This document shows, in pieces, positions 30,647-40,521 of a stretch of DNA of 64,000 bases. The translations under genes and the position numbers were made by a program. The notes beneath the pieces were generated by a model. It was not told the DNA's origin. It saw nothing but the letters and a program-made list of their open reading frames with translations, and did no database searches. Every line of letters begins with the position of its first letter. Position 1 is the first letter of the stretch. Source of the DNA: Myxococcota bacterium (lineage in GTDB: Bacteria > Myxococcota_A > UBA796 > JAJRTE01); NCBI GenBank assembly GCA_024278455.1, contig JAJRTE010000022.1, forward strand, positions 10,539 through 74,538. Direction: 5' to 3'.

Positions 30647-31738
30647 ATGGAAGCAAGACGAGAGCCAGAGGCTGAAACAGACCTGACCGACGTGGAGTGC
30701 ATCAAGATCGACCGGGCGTATGACCGGTTCCGCCGATTCGACTACTATGAGATCCTGAGCGTCCCCCGGACGGCCACTCGAGCCCAGATCAAGAAAAACT
30801 ACCACCGGATCTCCAAGGAATATCATCCAGACAGGTTCTTTCGCAGGCAACTCGGCGCGTACAAGGACAAGCTCGAGTTTGTGTTCGATCAGATAAACAA
30901 GGCCTACAACACACTGATCGACGATGAGGCTCGAAAGAAGTACGACCAGGAGCTGATCGAGATCAGCATGTTGCAGGCGCCCACGGTTCACGAAGTCGAG
31001 ATGGAAGTCGGTTCCGCCCCGCCGGAACCCGCGCCGCCCGGGCCGCCTGCCGACGGGGAGCCACGCGCAGAGGACGCCGAGCCGCAACGGCAGCCCCTGT
31101 CCGACTCTACTGTCGAGTCCGGAAAGGAGGCACCGAAGAAGCCACCCGCCCGATCGAGACCCCGGCGTCAAGGTCCGAGCCCGCTCTTCATCCAGCGGCT
31201 TCAGAAGCAGATCATGGCACGCATGTTGAAAGCCAAGGCCTATTTCAAGGCGGGGCGTGAAGCATTCGAAAAGGAGCGATACGCCACGGCCGTCGCCCAT
31301 CTCCAGCTCGCGCTCGCCTACGAGCCCAAGCTGGCCGGCGTCAGTGAACTCTTGCAGACCGCCACGGAGAGGGTCAACGAGGTCAAGGCCGAGGCCCACT
31401 ACCAGCGAGCGCAGCAGGAACTGGCCATCGGCAACGTGGACAACGGCCGCATATACCTCAAGGCAGCGGTAGACTGCAATCCCGCGCGCGGCCACTACTA
31501 TTTCAAGTACGCCATGTTCCTCATGGACCACGGTATCGACCACCGCGAAGGTGTCGAGCAATTGAAACGGGCCGTCGAGCATGACCCGAAAAACGTGGAA
31601 TACAGGCTCGCCTTCGCCCGGGCGCTTGAGAATCGGGATATGCCCTTGAACGCCAAGCGGGAGTATGAGAGAGTGCTGCAGATCGACAAATCGAACCAGG
31701 AAGCCCAGAAAGCAGTCAGGCGACTCAGAGCGGTCTAG
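30647..31738 (+). CDS. J-domain protein with C-terminal TPR repeats
   Basis: DYYEILSVPRTATRAQIKKNYHRISKEYHPDRF (HPD motif) then TPR-like repeats; GAGGAACAGGA SD; ORF track opens 30371. Confidence 0.8.
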   Translation: MEARREPEAETDLTDVECIKIDRAYDRFRRFDYYEILSVPRTATRAQIKKNYHRISKEYHPDRFFRRQLGAYKDKLEFVFDQINKAYNTLIDDEARKKYDQELIEISMLQAPTVHEVEMEVGSAPPEPAPPGPPADGEPRAEDAEPQRQPLSDSTVESGKEAPKKPPARSRPRRQGPSPLFIQRLQKQIMARMLKAKAYFKAGREAFEKERYATAVAHLQLALAYEPKLAGVSELLQTATERVNEVKAEAHYQRAQQELAIGNVDNGRIYLKAAVDCNPARGHYYFKYAMFLMDHGIDHREGVEQLKRAVEHDPKNVEYRLAFARALENRDMPLNAKREYERVLQIDKSNQEAQKAVRRLRAV

Positions 31739-31755
31739 GACGGAGGGGCAGACAG

Positions 31756-33555
31756 ATGGAGAAGGTGATTGGTATCGACCTGGGAACCACGAACTCCTGT
31801 GTCGCGACATTCGAGAACGGGCGCCCCGTCGTCATCCCGAACAAGGGGGGGTACAAGACGACCCCTTCGATCGTTGCAGTCGCTGAGAACGGCAAGCGCC
31901 TTGTCGGCCACGTGGCGAAGCGGCAAGCCGTGACCAATGCCGAGAACACGGTGTTCGCCTCCAAGCGGTTGATCGGCCGTTCGTTCGACTCCCCCGAGGT
32001 CCAGCACACCATCAAGACAGCAGCCTTCGCCGCAGTTTGTGGGCCGAACAGCGATGTACGCATCAGGTTGCACGGAAAGGACCACTCCATCTCCGAGCTG
32101 ACTGCCTTGATTTTGAGCGAAATGCGCCGCGTGGCAGAGGACTACCTCGGCGAGCCCATTTCGGGCGCTGTCATCACGGTGCCCGCCTACTTCAACGACG
32201 CCCAGCGGCAGGCTACCAAGCAAGCCGGGGAGATCGCGGGCCTCAACATACTCAGGATCATCAACGAACCCACTGCCGCCGCGCTGGCCTACGGGTTCGA
32301 CAAGAAGGTTGACAAGAAAGTCGCCATCTTCGATTTCGGCGGCGGCACGTTCGACATCTCCATCCTCGAGATCGCCGATGGCGTGTTCGAGGTCATGGCC
32401 ACCGCGGGCGACACCTTTCTCGGCGGAGAGGACTTCGACCACCGTATCATCAACCACCTCGTGGAGGAGTTCAAGCAGGAGAACGACGTTGACCTATCCA
32501 TCGAGAGGATGGCCATGCAGCGCCTGAAGGACGAGGCGGAGAAGGCCAAGTGCGAGTTGTCGTTTTCGACGAGTCGTGCGCTGAATCTTCCCTTCATCGC
32601 GACCCGGGACAAGCGTCCTCTCCATTTGAGGACCACCCTGACGAGGGAGAAGCTCGAGGAGATGACCGGGGATCTCGTGGCTCAGTGCATCGACATCTGC
32701 CGCACGGCCCTTGACGACGCGGGCGTATCGGTCGAAGAAATCGGCGAAGTCATCCTCGTTGGGGGGCAGACCCGGATGCCGCTCATCCAACGGGAAGTGG
32801 AGGCGTTTTTCGGACGGCCTCCATGCAAGAACGTGCACCCGGACGAAGTCGTCGCCATGGGTGCCGCAATCCAGGCGCACGTCCTCATCGATGACAGTGC
32901 TGACATGTTGCTGCTCGACGTCACACCCATGTCGATGGGTATCGCGACCGCGGGTGGCCAGTTCTGTGTCCTGATACCTCGCAACACCACGATTCCCACG
33001 CAGCACAGCCACATGTTCACCACCGCCCACGACAATCAGCCTGCGGTGAAAATCGCCGTGCTCCAGGGTGAGAGCCGCCGAGTCAGCGAGAACCAGTTGC
33101 TCGGTGAGTTCCTGCTCAGCGGAATCCGCGAAATGCCGAAGGGACTTCCCGAGATCGAGGTGACTTTCGCCATCGATTCCAACGGCATCGTCAACGTCTC
33201 CGCGCTTGACAGGGACACGGGAAAACGCCAATCCATCAAGGTCACGTGCACCGGGGGTCTTGCGGAGGAAGAACTTCAGCGCGTCATCGAAGAACAGCGC
33301 GAGTACGAAATCAAGGAACGGGACGAGGAAGCGGTGACTCGAGAATGCGACCGTATCGAGTCATTGACCCAGGAAATCAAGAAGCTCCTGCCCCGTGCCG
33401 AGCGTCTCCTGGGCAGCGCCGGTGTTCAGGCCATGGACAGGAAGCTTTCCGCGGCTCGAGAAGCCCAGGCGTCCAGGGATGCGGCACGTATCCGTGGTGC
33501 CGGACAGGAACTCGAGAGATCGTTGACCACACTCAGAGGATTGGTGACACCTTGA
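31756..33555 (+). CDS. Hsp70-family chaperone (DnaK paralogue, short C-terminal lid)
   Basis: IGIDLGTTNSCVA, DLGGGTFD, IINEPTAAALAYG, VLVGGQTRMP motifs; 599 aa; GGAGGGG SD. Confidence 0.92.
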   Translation: MEKVIGIDLGTTNSCVATFENGRPVVIPNKGGYKTTPSIVAVAENGKRLVGHVAKRQAVTNAENTVFASKRLIGRSFDSPEVQHTIKTAAFAAVCGPNSDVRIRLHGKDHSISELTALILSEMRRVAEDYLGEPISGAVITVPAYFNDAQRQATKQAGEIAGLNILRIINEPTAAALAYGFDKKVDKKVAIFDFGGGTFDISILEIADGVFEVMATAGDTFLGGEDFDHRIINHLVEEFKQENDVDLSIERMAMQRLKDEAEKAKCELSFSTSRALNLPFIATRDKRPLHLRTTLTREKLEEMTGDLVAQCIDICRTALDDAGVSVEEIGEVILVGGQTRMPLIQREVEAFFGRPPCKNVHPDEVVAMGAAIQAHVLIDDSADMLLLDVTPMSMGIATAGGQFCVLIPRNTTIPTQHSHMFTTAHDNQPAVKIAVLQGESRRVSENQLLGEFLLSGIREMPKGLPEIEVTFAIDSNGIVNVSALDRDTGKRQSIKVTCTGGLAEEELQRVIEEQREYEIKERDEEAVTRECDRIESLTQEIKKLLPRAERLLGSAGVQAMDRKLSAAREAQASRDAARIRGAGQELERSLTTLRGLVTP

Positions 33556-33632
33556 GGTCTGCACCCAAGACTTCCCCAAACGGCAGTTTGACCAACCCGA
33601 CCGATGTGCAGCACCACTTGGAGCGGGGTCTC

Positions 33633-34778
33633 ATGCTTTTGTCTCGAGGCATGGTCTACGAGGCCCGGCAGTCGTGGCGCGCCGCCCTCCGGATCGAGCC
33701 GGCGAACTCGGCGGCCCAAGACTACCTGGCCAGCACCGAGCATGAACTCAACGACTACGACCGGAAGCGCGAAGAGGCGGCCAGGCGGCTCGAGGATTCC
33801 AAGCAGGACCGTGTCATCGAGACATGGGACGCGGGTGCGGACGTGGACCAGGTGACGATTCCCGGCCAACCTGATGCCGGGCCTTCGGGGGAAGACGAAC
33901 GTCTTACCGCCCTTTCCGCACTCGCGCAAGTCGGCCAGGCGTTGCCGGGCATGGGACGGGGAGCGATGGGAGAACCGGGATTGCATGACGATTCCCAGCC
34001 CACCCCTGGCACCGAGCCCATCCCTGGCCCTCGCCGCGTCGAGGAAGAAGGCGTGGAGCCCGCCCGCCTGCCTGACGCACCCGCGGTGCGGGAGCTTGCC
34101 GGAGGTGGCGATGTGCCGGACGAGTCGCCGGACACCGAGAGCACGGTCTCGACCGAACCCTCGCCGGACGGAGCCCCGGACCAGGAGACCATGGCGAGTG
34201 ATGACTGGGAGCCTCTCGACTGGTTGGGAGATGACACCGAGGAGGACACGCCCATCGACGCGATGGAGGAAACCGCCTTCGACGAGGATGAGCAGGAGCC
34301 CATCGACCTGCCCACCGCAGGTCGAGACAGCCCCCTCCAAGCCGTCGGCCCGCTGTCCCCGGCTGTTTCTTCGGAAGACGAAAAGGCCGACCCGGCCAGC
34401 GACGTTCTGCGAGAGGTCACTACTCTCCTGGAAAAACGTGACTTCGGATCCGCCAGGCGGGTGCTCCAGGCCGAACTCGAGACCAATCCCGGCCACGAAC
34501 CGTTGCTCGAGGAACTCGAGCGCGTCGAACGGGACATGCAGGCCTATTATGCCCGGCTCCTCGGCGACCTCGACAGTGTTCCCGAACTCACCGTGGACAT
34601 GGATGACCTCTATTCCCTCGAGTTCGACCAGGTGGGGGGCTACATCATCTCGCTCGTCGATGGCATCCTGACCCTGGAGGACATCTTCACGCTGAGTGCG
34701 CAGGTCGATCGCCTGACCGTGATGCAGGTCCTGGGCGACCTGCTCGAGAAGGAACTCGTCACACTGAAACGCACCTGA
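33633..34778 (+). CDS. acidic TPR-containing hypothetical protein downstream of Hsp70
   Basis: N-terminal TPR-like unit (MVYEARQSWRAALRIEPANSAAQDYL), long Asp/Glu/Pro-rich disordered centre, conserved C-terminal block; start among several candidates (TTG 33552, ATG 33633). Confidence 0.55.
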   Translation: MLLSRGMVYEARQSWRAALRIEPANSAAQDYLASTEHELNDYDRKREEAARRLEDSKQDRVIETWDAGADVDQVTIPGQPDAGPSGEDERLTALSALAQVGQALPGMGRGAMGEPGLHDDSQPTPGTEPIPGPRRVEEEGVEPARLPDAPAVRELAGGGDVPDESPDTESTVSTEPSPDGAPDQETMASDDWEPLDWLGDDTEEDTPIDAMEETAFDEDEQEPIDLPTAGRDSPLQAVGPLSPAVSSEDEKADPASDVLREVTTLLEKRDFGSARRVLQAELETNPGHEPLLEELERVERDMQAYYARLLGDLDSVPELTVDMDDLYSLEFDQVGGYIISLVDGILTLEDIFTLSAQVDRLTVMQVLGDLLEKELVTLKRT

Positions 34779-34817
34779 TGGGGTATCCGGCCTGGTCCCC
34801 CGCGCCCTGCACGCTTC

Positions 34818-37052
34818 TCACCCGCCCGAGGCCTTCTCGCCGGCCTGCTCCCGCGACTCCCGGCCGAAACGCGACCGGTACAGAGCCTCGAGGGCGCTCG
34901 CGACCTGGTCCCTGCCGGTCTTGCGCGCCAGTCGAATGAGGTGCGTGACGGCTCGAGGCGTGTAGGGCCCCTTCTCGAGCGCCGTCTTGTAGGCATCGAA
35001 GGCTCCGCCCGTGTCGCCGGCGGCCTCGCGGGACTCGCCCACCGCGACCCATCGACCGGCCTCCAGGGTCCCGTAGAGCAGTGCGGGCCCGGCCTCTCGA
35101 GGCTGTCCTGGCTGTGCGCCGGGCACATTGGGATCGAACACGGCGGCGTAGGGTACCGGGACGGGTGGCACGCGAGCCCCGGGGTCGTCGAGCACCTTGA
35201 AAACCCGGAAGAAGTCGTTCTGGTACACGAGTTGGAACCCGGGCGTGTCCTTTGGGGTGTAGTGAAGGTGGTAGGCTGCCTCCTCCCCGGTGATATCCAG
35301 GTGGTCGGCCACGTACCGGTAGGACATCCAGGGGTCCACGCGGAGCAGGAAGTTGGCCTCGTACACCAGGTAGGTAGCATCGAGCTTCCTGGCGAACGCA
35401 TGGAGGTCCTGGAGAGGCCCGAACAGCTTCAGGTTGAACGCCTCGAACCGCAGTACGACGTCGCACTCGAAAAAGCTGTGCAGATTGGTGTTCCGGTCGA
35501 GGTAGGTGAACAGGTGGGGAGACAGGGCCCAGGACGCCAGGAACACGTCTTTCGGGCTTGTTGAGTGGGTGATCCACCGGGAGAGTCCATCCATCGAGCG
35601 CACGTCGTAGACGAGGCCCGCGTCGTCCTCGGAAGCGCGGAGGCCCAGCCCGGAATCCGCGCCAACGCCCGTCCAGGCCGCCGCGCTGCTGGCCACCAGG
35701 GCCGCCCCGAGCACGCCGATCGCCAGCTTGCGGCGATGTTTGGCTCGCTCGAGGATCGTGCGTGCGCCGAGCGCCACCGCCGGGGTGAGGAACATGGCCA
35801 GGAACGTCCCGAACTTACGGAACAGCAGGTAGCCCACGATGAACCCGGCCACCCCGAGCACCAGGAACGCCGTGCCGAATCGATCGGAGGCAACCGTCTC
35901 ATCCCGAGCGCCTCGGCCCAGCCTGCGGAACAGCATGACGCACAACAAGGCCGGCAGCGCAAAATCCCGCGTGACCATGGCGAGCGTCGGGGACCGGTAG
36001 TTGCCGGTCCAGTAGTGCCGGGCGTGGATGGTCAGCAGCGCCGGGTCGGCGGGCTTCATCCCCAGGAATCGGAGTTTGGCTATCAGCGTGTCCCAGGCGT
36101 GGTCGTAGGAGAGCGGTCCGGGGAGCGCCAGGTACAACCCCGCGGTCGCGCCAACGAGCAGGGCGGCTCTGGCCGCCGGGTGGGCGTTCCAGGATGGTCG
36201 CAGCCGCGCCGCGACGCAGACCAGCACCAAGGCGACGGTCAAGGCAGCCTGGGGAGACCCCCAGTACCGATCGATCCGGAGGGCCACCGGCAGAAGGAGC
36301 GACACGAGCAGCGGCGGCAAGGACAGCGCGTACACCGCCGCTCGAGTTTTCTTGCCGGGAGGCCGCGCCAGGACGAACAGCGCCAAGGATCCGAGTACGA
36401 AGAGTTGGTAGAAGGTGGTGACCTTCCAGGCGAAGTGGCATAGCAGCAAGGCCGCTCCGGAAAGCCACGCGAACACCTCCCCGCGGTCGCGCCGAAAGTG
36501 CGCGTACAGGGCCGCGACGTGGAGAGCGAAGAATGGGAGTGCCACGTTCTCGCGGTAGACCACGAGTCCCGTGCTGCGGTCGAGCGCCGGGGGGAGGGTG
36601 ACGTAGAGTGCCACCGCGAACAGCGCCGCCCATTTCCGCCTGGACGCCTCGAGGGAGACCCAGAAGAGGGGAAACACGATGACGCAGAACACGTAGGGAG
36701 TCGCGGTCCGCACGAACGTCTCGAGACGCGGGGGGGCGAACGCTCGAGCGAGCAGACCCAGTACATACTCCTGGACAACCGTGTCCCGGTCTGGGTCGAA
36801 CCCGTCCGGCCACTGGATCTGCCGGTCCGGGTCGGGCAGGGGCTTGCCTTCGGCGATGAAACGTATCCCGCGGTAATGCTGGGCGGACTCGAGCCAGAAC
36901 GGGGCGAGGGGATTGAGCAACGTCTGCTCGAGCCGGTGGGCACGCACCTGGACCCCGGCGAAGTAGACCGCCAGCAGCGCCGCGGCGATCAAGAGTGTCG
37001 TACCGGTCTTGGCGGAGGGGGCTCGGAACATCACGTCGCGCCGGAATCCCAT
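34818..37052 (-). CDS. large polytopic membrane protein, GT-C-fold glycosyltransferase-like (PMT/ArnT/DUF2723 class) with C-terminal soluble domain
   Basis: About 12 predicted TM helices followed by about 300-aa soluble C-terminal region; ORF track extends to 37883 but N-terminal 277 aa are Arg/Pro-rich non-protein-like; ATG 37052 precedes first TM. Confidence 0.6.
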   Translation of the reverse strand: MGFRRDVMFRAPSAKTGTTLLIAAALLAVYFAGVQVRAHRLEQTLLNPLAPFWLESAQHYRGIRFIAEGKPLPDPDRQIQWPDGFDPDRDTVVQEYVLGLLARAFAPPRLETFVRTATPYVFCVIVFPLFWVSLEASRRKWAALFAVALYVTLPPALDRSTGLVVYRENVALPFFALHVAALYAHFRRDRGEVFAWLSGAALLLCHFAWKVTTFYQLFVLGSLALFVLARPPGKKTRAAVYALSLPPLLVSLLLPVALRIDRYWGSPQAALTVALVLVCVAARLRPSWNAHPAARAALLVGATAGLYLALPGPLSYDHAWDTLIAKLRFLGMKPADPALLTIHARHYWTGNYRSPTLAMVTRDFALPALLCVMLFRRLGRGARDETVASDRFGTAFLVLGVAGFIVGYLLFRKFGTFLAMFLTPAVALGARTILERAKHRRKLAIGVLGAALVASSAAAWTGVGADSGLGLRASEDDAGLVYDVRSMDGLSRWITHSTSPKDVFLASWALSPHLFTYLDRNTNLHSFFECDVVLRFEAFNLKLFGPLQDLHAFARKLDATYLVYEANFLLRVDPWMSYRYVADHLDITGEEAAYHLHYTPKDTPGFQLVYQNDFFRVFKVLDDPGARVPPVPVPYAAVFDPNVPGAQPGQPREAGPALLYGTLEAGRWVAVGESREAAGDTGGAFDAYKTALEKGPYTPRAVTHLIRLARKTGRDQVASALEALYRSRFGRESREQAGEKASGG

Positions 37053-37229
37053 CGGAGGTTTGCAGCCGCTCGCAGCACGGCCGGGCCAGGGTCGTGTGAC
37101 CGGTTTTAGCACCAGGGAGCACGCAAGCAAAGCAAAACCGAAATGTTCTGGATCGTGCCGCCTGCTCGTGCCATCCTGTAGCCGGGCCGAAGATCGCGGC
37201 AACATTTCGAATTCGGGAGAGGAAATACC

Positions 37230-38084
37230 ATGAAACTCTACAGTATCAGGGGGAATTCTCAACGGCTCGACGGCGGCGCCATGTATGGAAACTGCCCCAG
37301 GGCGCTGTGGTCCCGGTGGAGCCCCCCGGACGAAGCACACCGGATCGATCTTGCCTGTCGCGCGCTGCTCGTCGAGGACGGCGACCTGTTGATTCTCGCC
37401 GAAACCGGCATCGGGGCCTACATGGAGCCACGACTCAGGGAGCGTTTCGGCGTCGTGGAATCGGAGCACATGCTCCTCGAGGCCCTGGACGAAGTAGGGG
37501 TAGCGCCATCGGACATCACCCACGTCGTGCTTTCTCACCTCCATTTCGACCATGCCGGGGGGCTGCTCACGGCCTACCAGGAGGGTGCCGAGCCGGAGTT
37601 GTTGTTCGAGCGGGCGACCTACATGGTCGGCGAACGGGCGTTCGAGCGAGCGAGAGCCCCCCATCTCCGCGACCGGGCGTCGTTCATTCCAGGCCTGACC
37701 GAACGTCTGCGTCGCTCCGGGCGACTGAAGCTTGTCAAGCACGCCCACGACCATTCGTTCGGCCCTCGCTACCGGTTCCGGTTCACGGATGGCCACACCC
37801 CGGGCTCCACCCACCTGGAGATCCTCGAGCCGCGGCATGTTCTTTTCGCAGCGGACCTCATTCCCGGCACCCCGTGGCTCCACCTCCCGATTACGATGGG
37901 CTACGACCGGTTCCCGGAACTGCTGGTAGACGAAAAACGCAGGCTACTCGAGGCAGTAGAGAAGCGGGGGGGGTTCCTGTTCTATACCCACGATCCGAAG
38001 TGGGCCATGAGCCGGGTCGCGCGAGACGAGAAGGGCCGGTTCAGACCGGTCGACGCCATCGAGACCCTGGATGGATGGCCGTAG
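37230..38084 (+). CDS. MBL-fold metallo-hydrolase
   Basis: HLHFDHAGG metallo-beta-lactamase motif; GGGAGAGGA SD 6 nt before ATG. Confidence 0.85.
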   Translation: MKLYSIRGNSQRLDGGAMYGNCPRALWSRWSPPDEAHRIDLACRALLVEDGDLLILAETGIGAYMEPRLRERFGVVESEHMLLEALDEVGVAPSDITHVVLSHLHFDHAGGLLTAYQEGAEPELLFERATYMVGERAFERARAPHLRDRASFIPGLTERLRRSGRLKLVKHAHDHSFGPRYRFRFTDGHTPGSTHLEILEPRHVLFAADLIPGTPWLHLPITMGYDRFPELLVDEKRRLLEAVEKRGGFLFYTHDPKWAMSRVARDEKGRFRPVDAIETLDGWP

Positions 38085-38233
38085 CCGGAGCACGGCAGCA
38101 GCAGGCGAACCCTTCACGCCACTCGCTTGACGGCGCGACCCCACTCCCGCCCCGGCCAGGGGGGCCGGGCGGCGGCCTCGCCGACTACCCCACACCGAAC
38201 TTGCCCAGTCCCGGCTTCATCGGTCCGCTGGTG

Positions 38234-38261
38234 TTGACTCCCATTCCACCATGCCTATATT
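38234..38261 (+). promoter_or_regulatory. promoter TTGACT-16-TATATT upstream of htpG
   Basis: Strong -35/-10 hexamers about 100 nt upstream of htpG ATG; -10 region CCATGCCTATAT also partly resembles sigma32 CCCCATAT. Confidence 0.5.
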
Positions 38262-38361
38262 CACCCGGTGATACCTTGCGGGAAGCGCTCGAGACGGGAC
38301 ACACCCGAAATTCATTCGGACGGATACACATCGGCACGAGAATGTGAAAGGAGCTTCGACC

Positions 38362-40404
38362 ATGGCAGACGAACCTCTTGAAAAGAAAGAGGCAACCGAA
38401 GATGAGACGTCCAGCCGGGAGGACTTCGCGTTCCAGACCGAGGTCAACCAGGTCCTCCAACTGCTGGTCCACTCCCTCTACACCAAGCGAGAGGTGTTCC
38501 TGCGCGAACTGGTATCCAATGCGGCGGACGCCTTGAGCAAGGTGCAGTTCGAACTGTTGACCCAACGGGAGGTAGCCTCGAGGGAGGCCGACCTGGAGAT
38601 CCTCGTCGATTTCAACGTCGATGACAGGACCATCACGGTCAGCGACACCGGCGTGGGAATGACTCGAGACGAACTCATCACCAGCCTCGGGACAATCGCC
38701 CATTCCGGCTCGAAGGCGTTTCTCGATGCCATCGAGGCACGGCGCAAGGAAGCGGGTGAAGGCGCGGTGCTGGACCTGATCGGCCAGTTCGGAGTGGGTT
38801 TCTACTCGGTGTTCATGGTCGCCGATCGGGTCGTGGTCGAGTCCCGGTCCATGGAACCCGACGCGCCGGCCCATCGCTGGGTCGCCACCGGTGGCGATTC
38901 GTTCAGCATCGAACCTGCCGGGCGGACCTTGCGCGGCACCACGGTGACCCTCCATCTGAAGGACGACGCCAGCGAATTCCTGTCCAGACATCGGCTCGAA
39001 GAGATCATCAATACCTACTCCAATTTCGTGCCATTCCCGGTGAAGCTCCAGGGGAACGTGGTCAATCGGCAGAAGGCCTTGTGGGCGGTGTCCAAGTCGG
39101 AAATCACCGAGGAGATGTACACCGAGTTCTACGGGCACCTCAACCACACGACCAAGGCGCCCCTGGCGCACGTCCATCTCCAGGCGGATGTGCCTATCCA
39201 GTTCAACGCCATCCTCTACGTGCCTCATGAATCGCCGCTCATGCAGTACTACGCCATCGAGACGCGCCACGGCGTGCGACTGTATGTCAAGCGGATGTTC
39301 ATCCAGGAGAACTGCGAGGAACTCGTCCCGCGCTACCTCCGGTTCCTGGTGGGCGTCGTCGACGTGGACGACCTGCCGCTCAACGTAAGCCGGGAAATGA
39401 TCCAGAAGAACCCCTTGCTGGCCAAGGTGCGATCCAACCTGACGCGCAAGACGTTGAAGCTGCTCCAGGACATCGCATCCCGGGACCCGGAGAAGTATGC
39501 CACGTTCTGGCGGCAGTTCGGTCTCTACCTCAAGGAAGGCGTGAGGGACGACCCGGCGAGCAGCGACACCATTGCGGAACTCCTGCGATTCAACTCGAGC
39601 CACCACGTCGACGACAAGGGGTTGACATCCCTCGCCGAATACGTGGAACGCATGCCGGAAGGCCAGGAGGAGATCTACTACTTCACGGGTCCGAACCGCC
39701 AGACCATCGAGCGCACCCCGCACCTCGAGCAGTTCCGCAAGAAGCACTACGAAGTGCTCTACATGACCGATCCCATCGACCCCCTGGTCGTGCTGGGCCT
39801 CGGCGACTACAAGGGCAAGAAATTCCGCATCATCGACGACCCAAAGCTCGACCTCGGGGCGGGCGACACGAGCGACGAGGGGGGAGACGAGCCGGACATC
39901 GGCAAGGACTTCGTGTCGTTCGCCGGCAAGGTCCTGGGCGACAAGGTGGAGTCTGTCCGCCTGTCCCGCCGCCTGGTGGAGAGTCCGGCCTGCCTCGTCA
40001 ACCCGGAAAACAGCATGAGTTCCGACATGCAGCGGCTGTACAGCATGGTGGACAGGGATTTCAAGTTCAGCCGCAAGATCCTCGAGCTGAACGCCTCCCA
40101 CCCGATCGTCCGGAACCTGAATGCGGCCTTTGCCGGTGTGGTCGGCGACCCGTCAGGCCAGGAGCGGTTGAGGCCCTATGTCGAGAACCTGCTCGACGTG
40201 GCCCTGCTGGCCGAGGGGATCCATCCGAACCCGGCGGACCTGGTGGATGATTTCAACCGGCTGCTCGCCGTGGCGACCGGGACCCTGACCCACGGCCCGG
40301 ACACCTCGAGCGTGGGGGAGCCGGCCCTTTCCCCGGATGAGGAGGCCAAGCCACCAGACCAGGGCGTGGACACCTCGCCGGCCACGGAGGACACGGCCTC
40401 TTGA
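38362..40404 (+). CDS. htpG: molecular chaperone HtpG (Hsp90)
   Basis: HATPase_c Bergerat fold N-domain (LRELVSNAADAL), middle and C-terminal dimerisation domains, 680 aa; AAAGGAG SD 8 nt before ATG 38362. Confidence 0.93.
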   Translation: MADEPLEKKEATEDETSSREDFAFQTEVNQVLQLLVHSLYTKREVFLRELVSNAADALSKVQFELLTQREVASREADLEILVDFNVDDRTITVSDTGVGMTRDELITSLGTIAHSGSKAFLDAIEARRKEAGEGAVLDLIGQFGVGFYSVFMVADRVVVESRSMEPDAPAHRWVATGGDSFSIEPAGRTLRGTTVTLHLKDDASEFLSRHRLEEIINTYSNFVPFPVKLQGNVVNRQKALWAVSKSEITEEMYTEFYGHLNHTTKAPLAHVHLQADVPIQFNAILYVPHESPLMQYYAIETRHGVRLYVKRMFIQENCEELVPRYLRFLVGVVDVDDLPLNVSREMIQKNPLLAKVRSNLTRKTLKLLQDIASRDPEKYATFWRQFGLYLKEGVRDDPASSDTIAELLRFNSSHHVDDKGLTSLAEYVERMPEGQEEIYYFTGPNRQTIERTPHLEQFRKKHYEVLYMTDPIDPLVVLGLGDYKGKKFRIIDDPKLDLGAGDTSDEGGDEPDIGKDFVSFAGKVLGDKVESVRLSRRLVESPACLVNPENSMSSDMQRLYSMVDRDFKFSRKILELNASHPIVRNLNAAFAGVVGDPSGQERLRPYVENLLDVALLAEGIHPNPADLVDDFNRLLAVATGTLTHGPDTSSVGEPALSPDEEAKPPDQGVDTSPATEDTAS

Positions 40405-40521
40405 GTCACCCGCGAAGTTCCTGGCCAGGCGTTGGTGTCCGGTTGTGAAACTCCACCAAGAGTCGAGTTCCATCCCGGCCCATTCCCCGGGTTGCGACGA
40501 AATGGATGGTCTCCCCACACC

